From an uncultured Acidobacteriota bacterium (GTDB taxonomy: Bacteria > Acidobacteriota > Vicinamibacteria > Vicinamibacterales > CAVVIG01): a stretch of DNA of 64,000 nucleotides. The notes below the pieces were generated by a model. It saw only the letters and a program-made list of their open reading frames with translations. It had not been told where the DNA came from and searched no databases. Location: assembly GCA_963718825.1 (NCBI GenBank), contig CAVQZZ010000002.1, positions 414,813 to 478,812 on the forward strand. Reading direction: 5' to 3'. Made by a program: the position numbers and the translations under genes. Shown here one piece after another: positions 10,447-20,144 of this stretch (its first letter is position 1; every line of letters starts with the position of its first letter).

Positions 10447-12596
10447 TCAGCCGATGATGCGGAAGCCGACGAGCTCCGGCGAATCCTTCGGCACACCCTC
10501 GCCTGCCGCTTTGATCTCCAAGATGTACTCGCCGGGCGGCAAGGCAGACAGCGGAAGATCGAACTGCGGCTCGCCACCCGACGTGGCGGGCGGCGCGACC
10601 TGCAGCTCGTTGATCGGATCGCCGGCTCGGTTGAGCACGCGCGCGGTGATCTGCGGCGTCGTTCCGCCTGCCGCATACGCCGGCACGCGCACGAACAGCC
10701 GGTCGGTTCGGCTGAAGTCGCGCATCGCCACCGGCGCGGCGTCCTGATCCGCCTTGAGCTGCTGGAATTCGCGTACCGTGCGAGCGCGATAGATCGCGGG
10801 CGTGCCGAGGACCGTGGTCGGCGCGGTGAGATCGGGAACGGTGATCTCACGCATCTCGGTGTCGAGCACCTGGGACGACGTCCCTTCCACCGAGACACGA
10901 AGCTCCATCTTGCCCGGCGGCACTTCGAAGACCACGCGTGACGGTGTTCGCGGCGCTGCGGCCGGCGTCGCGCCGCTTCCCGACGGTCCCGCTCGTGCCG
11001 GCGGCTGGCGATGCTGCGCTCGCGACGACGCCTTCGGGAATCTTGCCGCGGAAATACGGCGCGCCATCGGCACCGACGGCCATCAACGACACGCGCGCGG
11101 GCTGATCGCGCTGCGCGTCAGCCGCCGGCGCGCGCCACGGGCTCCCACACGAACGTCACCTTCGTCTTGCCATTTTCCCCGCGCGACGTTCCGATCCACG
11201 TGCGGATGACCTGCGTGCGGCTCGGCCGGCTGACGGACGCGAGCGCATCGGTGACCGCTTTGGGCGGCCCGGGCTTCGGCTTGGCGGTCGCCCGCGCGGT
11301 TTCCGCCGCGGTCAGCGCCCAGTAGCCTTTTCGCGCGCGCACCTGGGTGCCGGACCGCTTTACGCGAACCTTGATCTCGTGGAACTTCCCGTCGGTCGGC
11401 GTCTGCGACGAGTTGTAGCCGATCAGATAGTACGCGCTGGTGTCGCGGACGATCTGCTTCATGGCCGTCGCAAGGTCGTTCCGGTTCACGATAGCGCGGC
11501 CGTCGCTCTGGTCTGAGAGCACACGCAGCGAATCCATGGTCGCGTTCAGGTACTGCCGATCGATCTGCGAGCTGACGTTCTGCTCGATGTCGAATTCACT
11601 GACCGCCAGCCCGCGCGGATCGACTGCGTAGATCGCGACGTTGTTCTTGTTCGCCGTGTCGTAGATCTGGCGCAGGTCGCTGTCGAGATCGAGCCCCGCC
11701 AGCCAGGACGCGCGGTCTTCGTTCGGATCGCCGATGCCCGCCATCGGATTGCCGGCACTTGGGTTCCCGTAGCCGGGCATCGTCGCGACCGGATTCCGCA
11801 GCTGCGGCGGCAGCATGTTGCTGAAGCCCTCGCTGACGAGAATCAGCGCCTTGCGTCCTTCCTTGAGCGAACCGAGGTGCGTGATCAACCCGCGAATGGC
11901 CGTCATCGAGACCTGATTGCGCACCTGCTCGACGGTCTCGGCCGGATAGTTCGCGTACTGCTCCTCGAATTGATTCTTCGGCGTGTATTCGAACTTGCGC
12001 CCGGTGAACTGCTGGATCGCTTTCACGATCGCGGCATGATTGCGGGTCATCCGTATCGAGGCGAGCGATTCGAGCGGGTACATGATGCCGACCATGTCGG
12101 TCGGCCCGAGCTGCGTGTCGACGAACTTCGCGATCGGCTCGCGGACGGCCATGCTCGCGCCGCGCCGGACGTGGTAGTCGTCCAGGAAGATCGCGAACAG
12201 CCGTACGTCTTCTTTCGCGGCCTCCGCCTCTTCGTCGTAATCGGTGCGGATTTCCTTCGGCGGTTCCTGCAGTGCGGCAGCGGTGCCGCCATCGAGCTTG
12301 ACCAGCTTGAAGGTTTCGATCTTCTGCGGCTTGCCGTCTTCGGTGACTTCGAAATCGCCCGGCTGCAGGTCGGAGACCGTGTTCCCGTTCTTGTCGGTGA
12401 TGATCACGTCGACGCGAACGAAGTTGATGCCGGCTTTGAATGTCGGCGGCTGCTGCGGCTGATCGCCGCTCGCCGGCGGAGGCTGCTGCTGCTGCTGTTG
12501 CGGCGGCTCGGCCGCCTGCTGGGCATCACCTCGCGCGGCCAGCACGACGACCGCGATGAGAGCGGTGATGACGACGGCTCGAAGAGCGCGAACCAT
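10447..12596 (-). CDS. VWFA-related acidobacterial-type exported protein, paralog of 8613-10440; about two frame breaks near 11100 and 10975
   Basis: ORF 11118-12596 has signal peptide, Q-rich linker, INFVRVDVIITDKNGNTVSDLQPGDFEVTEDGKPQ, LFAIFLDDYH, ALILVSEG, VAIYAVDPRGL. ORFs 10847-11092 and 10447-11073 supply a C-terminal domain colinear with the paralog. Confidence 0.8.
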
Positions 12597-12726
12597 ATTC
12601 CTATTTTAGACGCTCTTCCACGGCCGCGGGTCGTCGGTCCACAAGTTTCACAACACGGCTGACGCTCATTTCAGCAGCTCAACCAGTTTTATGGACGGCG
12701 TCGAGTCCGAGGGGAAACGGGCCGAA

Positions 12727-13915
12727 ATGATAGTATCCATGAGCATGGTGACGCACCATTCCGAAATGACTCAGGCGCCGCTCACCGCACTGTCCGAAGA
12801 CGAACGTCTGTTTCGGGACAGCGTGTACGAGTTCGCGGGTCGTGAAATCCGCCCGCACGTGCGTGAAATGGACGAGCACGCGAAGATCGGCCGGCCGCTG
12901 ATCGACAAACTGTTCGATCTCGGCGTCATGGGCATCGATATCCCGGAGAGCCACGGCGGCGCCGGCGCGAGCTTCTTCCATTCGGTGCTGGCCGTCGAGG
13001 CGCTCTCCCGCGTCGATCCGTCGATCGGCGTCCTCGTCGACGTGCAGAACACGCTGGTGATCAACGCGCTGATCCGCTGGGGCAGCGACGACATCAAGCG
13101 CCGGTACTTACCGCGGCTCGCGTCGAACACCATCGGCGCTTATGCCTTGTCGGAAGCAGGGTCGGGAAGCGACGCCTTCGCCATGGCCGCCCGCGCCACA
13201 CGCGCGGGCGACGACTTCGTGATCACCGGCCGGAAGCTCTGGATCACGAACGGCAACGAGGCCGACGTCTTCATCGTATTTGCGAACGTCAATCCTGAGG
13301 CGGGCTATCGCGGCATCACGGCGTTCATCGTGGAGCGCGGGTTCGGCGGCTTCAGTGTCGGGAAAAAGGAAGACAAGCTCGGGATCCGCGCCAGCAGCAC
13401 CTGCGAGCTCCTCTTCGAGGAGTGCCGCGTGCCTGTCGCGAACGTGCTCGGTGAAGTGGGCAAAGGCTACAAGACCGCGATCGAAACGCTGAACGAAGGA
13501 CGCATCGGAATCGGCGCGCAGATGATCGGCCTCGCGCAGGGCGCGCTCGATCACGCGATCGCGTACACGAAGGAACGCAAGCAATTCGGCAAGGCGATCG
13601 CCGAGTTCCAGGCCGTGCGCCATCAGCTCGCCAGGGCCGCCACGGAGCTCGAAGCGGCGCGGCTGCTCGTCTACAACGCGGCGCGGCTGCGCGATGCGCG
13701 GCAGCCGTTTCTCGCCGAAGCCGCGATGTGCAAGATCTTCTCGTCGGAAGTGGCCGAGCGCGTGACGTCGCTCGCCGTGAACCTCTTCGGCGGCAACGGC
13801 TTCGTCAAGGAATACCCGGTCGAGAAGCTGTTCCGCGACGCGAAGATCGGCCAGATACTACGAGGGCACGTCGAACCTGCAGCTCGACACGATCGCAAAG
13901 CAGATCGTCGGGTGA
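12727..13915 (+). CDS. Acyl-CoA dehydrogenase; frame break near 13857, start uncertain (12691/12727/12766)
   Basis: ORF 12691-13953 matches ACAD throughout. After RDAKIGQI the +1 frame gives YEGTSNLQLDTIAKQIVG then TGA 13913-13915, the canonical ACAD C-terminus. Confidence 0.9.
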
Positions 13916-13949
13916 ACAGAGGCGCCGGCCCGTCGGCCGCGCTCACGTC

Positions 13950-15086
13950 CTAGTCGGTCGCGTTCCCTGCATACAACGGCTCGGTGTCGAGCGTCTGCGG
14001 ACCGTGGTCGGTGCACACCGCGTATTTCGACGCGTACATCGAAACGCCCGCGTACTCGCCTTTGACGTTCAGGATATAGAAATTCAACCCGAAGTTCGGC
14101 TGCTTACGGTCGTTCAGCAGCCGCTTCTCGATCGTGTTCGACGCAACCCGCTTGAGCGCGCTCAAGCCGGCGTCTTTCGGGTGCGCACCGCGTCGCATCT
14201 CCTCGACGATGAAGAAGGAGCAGAGGTTGTAGAGATTCGCCTCGCCGCGGCCGGTCGATCCCGCGGCGCCGACGTCGCCGTCGACGTAGAGGCCGGCGCC
14301 CAGGATCGGCGAGTCGCCCGCCCGGCCCGGAATCTTCCACGCGAGACCGCTCGTCGTCGTCACACCGCAGATTTCGCCCTTGGCGTTGACGCCGTCGCAG
14401 TTGATCGTGCCGTAATAGTGCTCAGGGTCGACCAATCCTTCCGCAATCATGTCCATCGCGACCTGACGGTAGGCGATCTGGCGATCCTTCGGCGAGAGAT
14501 AGTGCAGCGGATCCGTGCGGCGCTTCCACTCGAGCCATTTCGCGCGCGAGTTCTCGGTGTTCAGATCGTCTTCAATCTTGAAGCCCATGCTGCGCGCGAA
14601 TTCCTGCGCGCCCTTGCCGACGAGCAGATGATGATCGGTCGAGTCCATGACGAGCTGTGCGATCTTCGACGGCGTCCGTACGCCTTCGATTTCCGCCACG
14701 CCGCCGGCGCGCTTTTTCGGCCCGTGCATGCAGCAGGAGTCGAGCTGCACGACGCCCTCGGCGTTCGGCAGGCCGCCGTATCCGACGCTGTCGTCCAGCG
14801 GATCGAGCTCGACGATGTTCACGCCGGCGATGAGCGCGTCGAGCACGTCAGAGCCGCCGACGATCATTTCGTGGGCGGTTTCCACGCACGTCTTCGAGCC
14901 GCCGTTCTTCGCTTTATTCCCGTTGGCCGCCGACACGACGACCGGCTTCACACTCTTCGGCGCCATCATCGTCGGTGCTTGCCCGAACGAGGTTTTCGGG
15001 ACCGCGGCAGCCGCCACAGCAGCGGTTGTCGTTTGAACGAATTCGCGGCGATTCAGTTTTTTCATGATGGTGCTGTCTTTCTTCAA
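13950..15086 (-). CDS. Exported Ntn-hydrolase of the asparaginase-2 / glycosylasparaginase family
   Basis: Tat-like signal KKLNRREFVQTTTAAVAAAAV. Autoprocessing-type site HYYG-TINCDG. GAAGSTGRGEA motif. Confidence 0.85.
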   Translation of the reverse strand: MKKDSTIMKKLNRREFVQTTTAAVAAAAVPKTSFGQAPTMMAPKSVKPVVVSAANGNKAKNGGSKTCVETAHEMIVGGSDVLDALIAGVNIVELDPLDDSVGYGGLPNAEGVVQLDSCCMHGPKKRAGGVAEIEGVRTPSKIAQLVMDSTDHHLLVGKGAQEFARSMGFKIEDDLNTENSRAKWLEWKRRTDPLHYLSPKDRQIAYRQVAMDMIAEGLVDPEHYYGTINCDGVNAKGEICGVTTTSGLAWKIPGRAGDSPILGAGLYVDGDVGAAGSTGRGEANLYNLCSFFIVEEMRRGAHPKDAGLSALKRVASNTIEKRLLNDRKQPNFGLNFYILNVKGEYAGVSMYASKYAVCTDHGPQTLDTEPLYAGNATD

Positions 15087-15228
15087 TGGCGGCGGGGCCC
15101 CACCCCCGCCGCGAACTGACGCCGATGCCTTCGCTCGGGCCTTCGCCCGCCCTCGCTCGGCATGGCCGCAGGCGCGTTTCTCTGCCCGAGCACTTGCCCA
15201 CCTGCCCCACCTGCCCCCGGAGCGCCGT
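15087..15228. repeat. Dispersed hairpin-repeat element, type A
   Basis: Starts TGGCGGCGGGGCCCCACCCCCGCCGCGAACTGACGCCGA (9-bp stem GCGGCGGGG/CCCCGCCGC, loop CCCCAC). The same 39 nt recur at 25213. It fills the whole gap between two genes. Confidence 0.85.
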
Positions 15229-16371
15229 TCAGGCGCTCGCTAGGATATTCGCCGAGATGATCATCCGCTGCGCTTCCGACGTGCCTTGATAAATTTCCGT
15301 CGCGCGCACGTCGCGAAACAGGCGCTCGACGACCGACCCGCGACGATACCCTGCCGACGCGAGAATCTGCATCGCCTTGTCCGCAGCCTTGTGCGCCGCT
15401 TCCGAGGCGGCGAGCTTGGCCATCGACGCTTCGAACCGGCACTGCTCCTGTCGATCTTTGGCGGCCGCCGCCTTCAGCGTGAGAAGACGAGCCGCGTCGA
15501 GCTCGGTCGCCATGTCGGCCAGCATCCACTGAATCGCCTGGTAGTTCGCGATCGGCTGCCCGAACTGCTCGCGCGCCTTCGCGTGGCGGATCGCTTCCGA
15601 GAGCGCCGCCTCGCCGATGCCGAGTGCCTGTGCCGCGATCGCGACGCGGCCGCCCTGGAGCGCCCACATGGCGAGCCGAAAGCCCTGGTCCACCGAGCCG
15701 AGCACCTGGCTGTCGTCGACGTCGAGATCGAGTTCGAGGTCCATGCAGCCGAGGCCGCGGACGCCGAGCGAATCGGCGCGCGCGGTCTTCGTGATGCCGG
15801 CGGCATTCATCGGCAGCAGGAATGCCGTGACCCCCTGCCCGCGGAGGTTCGGGCGCGTCGACGCAAACACGACCGCGACCGCTGCCGCGTCCGCGTTCGC
15901 TACCCACACCTTTCGGCCCGTGATGTGATAGCCGCGGCTCGTTTTCACCGCTTTCGTCTGCTGATTGGCGGCATCGGTTCCCGCGTCCGCCTCCGACAAT
16001 GCAAAGGCGCCGAGCGCCTCACCGCTCGCGAGCCGGCGCAGCCACTCTTCTTTCTGGGGTGCCTTCCCGGCGTGCGCGAGCAGCTCCGCGACGAGCGAGT
16101 TCGTCACCGACAGCGACACGGCGACCGTAGCGCTGGCGTTGGCAATCGCCTCGATCGCGAGCGCGTAGGAAATGTAGTCGCGGCCAAGGCCGCCCCAGGC
16201 AGTTGGAATGGCGACGCCGTAGAGGCCATGCGAAGCCGCCGCCTTCATCACGTCCGCGGGGTAATCGCCCGAGTCGTCTATCGCGGCGGCGCGCGGCGCG
16301 ACCACTTCGCGCGCGAACGCCTCGATCTTGGTTTTGAATGCCTGCTGTTCGGCCGTCAGCTCGAGAATCAT
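15229..16371 (-). CDS. Acyl-CoA dehydrogenase
   Basis: Intact 380-aa ORF with ACAD architecture (MILELTAEQQAF..., YQGTSEAQRMIIS C-terminal motif). Confidence 0.92.
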   Translation of the reverse strand: MILELTAEQQAFKTKIEAFAREVVAPRAAAIDDSGDYPADVMKAAASHGLYGVAIPTAWGGLGRDYISYALAIEAIANASATVAVSLSVTNSLVAELLAHAGKAPQKEEWLRRLASGEALGAFALSEADAGTDAANQQTKAVKTSRGYHITGRKVWVANADAAAVAVVFASTRPNLRGQGVTAFLLPMNAAGITKTARADSLGVRGLGCMDLELDLDVDDSQVLGSVDQGFRLAMWALQGGRVAIAAQALGIGEAALSEAIRHAKAREQFGQPIANYQAIQWMLADMATELDAARLLTLKAAAAKDRQEQCRFEASMAKLAASEAAHKAADKAMQILASAGYRRGSVVERLFRDVRATEIYQGTSEAQRMIISANILASA

Positions 16372-16530
16372 TTCTTACTGCTCGCGGGGCCCCACCCCCG
16401 CTCGATGACGCCTTCGCGCCGTCGCGCTCGGCGTTTCTAGAACAGAACGTCGCAGACGGAGCCGCGCCATTCTTCATGGCGCCTTCGCGCTGCGGCGCTC
16501 GGCATTTCCAGAACAGAACGTCGCAGCAGG
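16372..16530. repeat. Dispersed hairpin-repeat element, type B: head plus two tandem modules
   Basis: Head TTCTTACTGCTCGCGGGGCCCCACCCCCGCTCGATGAC, then two ~70-nt modules each containing CGCCTTCGCGC...GCGCTCGGC and CCAGAACAGAACGTCGCAG. Related copies at 32141 and 36619. Confidence 0.85.
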
Positions 16531-16588
16531 GACCCCTGGGCCGAGAGAATCATAGTTGATTTCTTTGTGTGCTTTGCGCTCTCTGCGG

Positions 16589-17095
16589 TTACATCTCGGT
16601 TGACGCGAGGCGTGCGAAGAGCGGCTGTAGCCGCTTCTTCGTGGCCGCGAGGTCTTCCGGCAGCACGCGGACGTTGCCGAGCACAGACATGAAATTGGTG
16701 TCGCCGTTCCATCGCGGCACCACATGGACGTGCAGGTGGTCGGCGACGCCGGCGCCGGCGGACCGGCCGAGGTTCATGCCGACGTTCAGTCCCTGGGGCG
16801 CGTACCCTTCCGTCAGCGCCATCTCGGCGACACGGGTCAGCCGCATCATTTCCGAACGCTCATCTTCCGTCGTGACCGCCAGCGACGCGATGTGACGGTA
16901 CGGCACCACCATCAGATGGCCATTGTTGTAGGGGTAGAGATTCAGAACGACGAACGAGAGGCGACCGCGAAAGAGGATCAGCTCTTCACGGCCGGGCTCG
17001 TCGATTCCGCAGAAGATACAGGACGGTTTGTCGCCGCCCGCGCCGCCCGTTCCCGTGATGTACGCGAGGCGCCAGGGTGACCAGAGGTGTTCCAC
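16589..17095 (-). CDS. HIT-family (histidine triad) nucleotide hydrolase/transferase
   Basis: Histidine triad ADHLHVHVVPR. N-terminal WSPWRLAYI and CIFC elements typical of the GalT-like/Ap4A-phosphorylase HIT branch. Confidence 0.85.
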   Translation of the reverse strand: MEHLWSPWRLAYITGTGGAGGDKPSCIFCGIDEPGREELILFRGRLSFVVLNLYPYNNGHLMVVPYRHIASLAVTTEDERSEMMRLTRVAEMALTEGYAPQGLNVGMNLGRSAGAGVADHLHVHVVPRWNGDTNFMSVLGNVRVLPEDLAATKKRLQPLFARLASTEM

Positions 17096-17433
17096 TACAC
17101 GGCGAGCGCGTCCGGCGGGACCGACGCGTCGCCGGCCGGCGCCGTGGTGGGCGCCGGTTCTTTGTTAATCAGCTCTTTCAGTTCTTTACCCGGCTTGAAG
17201 TACGGCACCTTCTTCGGCGGAACGTCCACCTTGTCGCCCGTCTTCGGATTGCGACCCTTGCGCGGCTCCCGCTTGCGCAGCCGGAAGCTGCCGAATCCGC
17301 GCAGCTCGATCTTCTCGCCGCGATGGAGCGCGTCGATGATGCTCTTGAACACGGTGTCGACGATGACCTCCGAGTGTTTCTTCGTGAGGTCGGAAACCCG
17401 CGAGACTTCCTCGACGAGTTCCGCTTTCGTCAT
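17095..17433 (-). CDS. ihfB: Integration host factor / HU family DNA-binding protein (IHF-beta-like)
   Basis: MTKAELVEEVS...IELRGFGSFRLRKREPRKGRNPKTGDKVDVPPKKVPYFKPGKELK. Sits downstream of rpsA, as in the cmk-rpsA-ihfB arrangement of E. coli. Confidence 0.8.
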   Translation of the reverse strand: MTKAELVEEVSRVSDLTKKHSEVIVDTVFKSIIDALHRGEKIELRGFGSFRLRKREPRKGRNPKTGDKVDVPPKKVPYFKPGKELKELINKEPAPTTAPAGDASVPPDALAV

Positions 17434-17476
17434 GCTGCCGCCGGTCATGATGACTCCCTAGGTGGCTGGTGACTGT

Positions 17477-19360
17477 TCACCGATTCCGGAAATGATCCCC
17501 GAGCGTCGCCGTGCCGTCGCCCGCCGACTCCTGATAGCTTTCCCAGTCGGCGCGGAACTCGTCGGACTTCAACGCGCGAATCGACAGGCCAATCTTCCGC
17601 TCCGCCGGCGCGAGCTTGATGATCTTCATCGGGTACGTCTCGCCCACCGTCAGCTCGATCTTGCCGTCCTTGCCGACGTGCTGCGAGTCGTCGAATTCCG
17701 ACACGTGAATCAATCCTTCGATGCCTTCGTCGAGCTCCACGAACGCGCCGAAGTTCGTCATGCGGACGACCTTGCCTTCGATGGTGTCGCCGACGTGATG
17801 CCGTGAAAAGAAGTCGTCCCAGATATCGGTGGCCAGCTGCTTGAGGCCGAGCGACAGACGCTGGTTCTCGGCGTCGATGTTGAGCACCATCGCCTCGACG
17901 ACGTCGCCTTTCTTGAGCACTTCGGACGGATGCTTGATCCGCTTGCTCCACGACATGTCGGAGATGTGAATGAGGCCGTCGATTTCCTCTTCGACTTCGA
18001 CAAACGCGCCGAACTCGGTCAGGTTCCGGACCTTGCCGTGAATCTTCGAGCCGACGGGATACTTGTCTGCGAGGTCGTGCCAGGGATTGCTCTCGACCTG
18101 CTTGAGGCCAAGCGAGATGCGACGCGCGGTCGGATCAACGCCGAGCACCATCGCGTCGACGGTGTCGCCGACGTTCAGGATCTTCGACGGGTGCTTGACG
18201 CGCTTGCTCCACGACATCTCGCTGACGTGAATCAGGCCTTCGACACCCGCCTCGAGCTCCACGAACGCGCCGTAATCGGTGAGGCTCACGACTTTGCCGG
18301 CCATGCGGGCGCCGACCGGATACCGATCCATGACGTTGGCCCACGGGTCGGTGATGAGCTGCTTGTGGCCGAGTGACACGCGCTCGGTCGCCGGGTCGTA
18401 CTTCAGCACGATCACGTCGATCTCGTCGTTGACCTTGAACAGCTCGGACGGATGCCCGACGCGTCCCCACGACATATCCGTGATGTGCAGCAAGCCGTCG
18501 ATCCCGCCGAGATCGATGAACGCGCCGTAGTCGGTGATGTTCTTGACGACGCCTTTGAGGACCTTGCCCTCCGCGAGCGTCTCCAGCGTGTGCTTCTTCT
18601 TTTCGGCGTTCTCTTCCTCGAGCAGCGCCTTCCGCGACAGCACGATGTTGCCGCGCTTCTTGTTCACCTTGATGACGCGCATACGGAGCTCTTGTCCGCG
18701 CAGCGCGTCGAGGTTGCGAACCGGGCGGACGTCGATCTGCGAGCCGGGGAGAAATGCGCGGACGCCGATGTCCACCGCGAGCCCGCCCTTGATCCGCTCG
18801 ATGACGCGGCCAATGACGACCTTGCGTTCCGCATAGGCCTTCTCGACCTCGTCCCAGATCTTCATCTTCTCGGCTTTTTCGCGCGAGAGGACGACGTAGC
18901 CTTCGCGATCTTCGGTCCGCTCGAGCAGCACGTCGACGATGTCGCCCGCCTGAACGGTGACTTCGCCGTTTTCGTCGAGGAACTCGCTGACCTGGATAAT
19001 GCCTTCGGACTTGTAGCCGACGTCGACGACAACTTCGGAGGGTGTGACTTTGAGAACCGTTCCCTTGACGACCTCTCCTTCCGCGATATTGCGGAAGCTG
19101 CTATCGTAGGAATCGAGCAGCCGCGCGTAGTCGGCCGGATCCATCTGCTCGTCGTCGTCGCGCGGAAGGGCCTTGAGGCCGCCGCGCTCTCCGCGGGGTT
19201 CGCGGTCGATCGTCCCGGTGCCGCTCGTGCCTCGGGCCGATCCGGGGGTGTTCTCCTCTTCTACGTTCGCCATGCCGTGCGCGTCCTCCTGTGTCGATCG
19301 ATTACTCATCCGATTACTCTTCGGCGATTGCCGGTTTGGGTTTTCTGGACCGGCGGCCAT
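17477..19360 (-). CDS. rpsA: 30S ribosomal protein S1; start uncertain (19360, 19309 or 19273)
   Basis: Six S1-domain repeats of the pattern G.VV.G.V..IT.FGAFV(E/D)L..G..GL(I/L)H.S(E/D)(M/I)SW. Confidence 0.95.
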   Translation of the reverse strand: MAAGPENPNRQSPKSNRMSNRSTQEDAHGMANVEEENTPGSARGTSGTGTIDREPRGERGGLKALPRDDDEQMDPADYARLLDSYDSSFRNIAEGEVVKGTVLKVTPSEVVVDVGYKSEGIIQVSEFLDENGEVTVQAGDIVDVLLERTEDREGYVVLSREKAEKMKIWDEVEKAYAERKVVIGRVIERIKGGLAVDIGVRAFLPGSQIDVRPVRNLDALRGQELRMRVIKVNKKRGNIVLSRKALLEEENAEKKKHTLETLAEGKVLKGVVKNITDYGAFIDLGGIDGLLHITDMSWGRVGHPSELFKVNDEIDVIVLKYDPATERVSLGHKQLITDPWANVMDRYPVGARMAGKVVSLTDYGAFVELEAGVEGLIHVSEMSWSKRVKHPSKILNVGDTVDAMVLGVDPTARRISLGLKQVESNPWHDLADKYPVGSKIHGKVRNLTEFGAFVEVEEEIDGLIHISDMSWSKRIKHPSEVLKKGDVVEAMVLNIDAENQRLSLGLKQLATDIWDDFFSRHHVGDTIEGKVVRMTNFGAFVELDEGIEGLIHVSEFDDSQHVGKDGKIELTVGETYPMKIIKLAPAERKIGLSIRALKSDEFRADWESYQESAGDGTATLGDHFRNR

Positions 19361-19442
19361 GCAGGTAATGCTGAATTCCGATAAGCAATAGAGCGTACGC
19401 CACTTATCGTCAAACTGTCAAGGTTCGAAAGGACTGCTCCTC

Positions 19443-20075
19443 ATGGCAAAACGCCCGGCCGCCCGACGCGCAAAACCCAGCAGATTGGCCCGAAAGCGGA
19501 CCTCGGCGCGTCGTTCGGCAAAGCGCCCCGCGACGAAAGCCAGGCCGAAGAAAAAGGCGCCGAATCGCAAGAAACCGGCCGCAAAACGCGGCGCGGCTCG
19601 CGCCAAGGCGCCGACGCCGAGGCGGACGAAAACGGCCTCGGCCCGCTCGGCCCGCAAAGCCGCGACGGTCGCCCGGCCGAAGCCAGAGCGGCTCGATCGC
19701 GTTCGACGGACGCTCGATGAGACCGTGCAAAGCCCGCCGTCTTCGCTAAATCTGGATCGGCACGGGTCGGCCGCACGGACGGGCCGCGCCGAGCTCGCCG
19801 AAAGCCGCCAGGAACACCGCGGCATGTCGCCGGCGATCACCGGCGGTGATGTCGACGTCGATCTCGAGAACGCCTATTTCACTGGCGACGAAGCGCCAGG
19901 CGGCGACAACCCGACGCCGGATCAGGAAGTGGTGGACGACATCGGGAAAGCGCTCGGCGTCGAATACCAGGACGATGAGGAATTGAAGGCGAGCGACAAA
20001 GTCACCGAGCGCGATCGCCACCGCTGGGAGCTCGATCCGGCCTCGTCGGAGGATTACAAAGAAAGGAAAAAGTAA
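19443..20075 (+). CDS. Hypothetical protein with Lys/Arg/Ala/Pro-rich histone-H1-like N-terminal half and conserved acidic C-terminal domain
   Basis: Residues 1-90 are KRPAA/KKAP-type basic low complexity. The C-terminus SPAITGGDVDVDLENAYFTGDEAPGGDNPTPDQEVVDDIGKALGV...RDRHRWELDPASSEDY resembles a widespread uncharacterised domain family (assigned from memory). Confidence 0.6.
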   Translation: MAKRPAARRAKPSRLARKRTSARRSAKRPATKARPKKKAPNRKKPAAKRGAARAKAPTPRRTKTASARSARKAATVARPKPERLDRVRRTLDETVQSPPSSLNLDRHGSAARTGRAELAESRQEHRGMSPAITGGDVDVDLENAYFTGDEAPGGDNPTPDQEVVDDIGKALGVEYQDDEELKASDKVTERDRHRWELDPASSEDYKERKK

Positions 20076-20144
20076 AAAGGCAGAAGGAAAAAGGAAAAGG
20101 AAAAGGAAAGTGATTAACTTTTGCCTTTTGCCTTTTGCCTTTTA
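20074..20144. repeat. Inverted pair of heptad arrays (AAAAGGN units facing CTTTTGC x3), terminator-like hairpin between convergent genes
   Basis: aaaaagg cagaagg aaaaagg aaaagg aaaagg aaag - tgattaa - cttttgc cttttgc cttttgc ctttta. Same CCTTTTG heptad as at 3903-3937. Confidence 0.8.

Noticed and set aside
16400-16530. The tandem ~70-nt modules here and at 36640-36812 could be mistaken for a CRISPR array.
   Set aside because: The units are contiguous without unique spacers, differ in length, number only 2-3, sit between housekeeping genes, and no cas genes are present.
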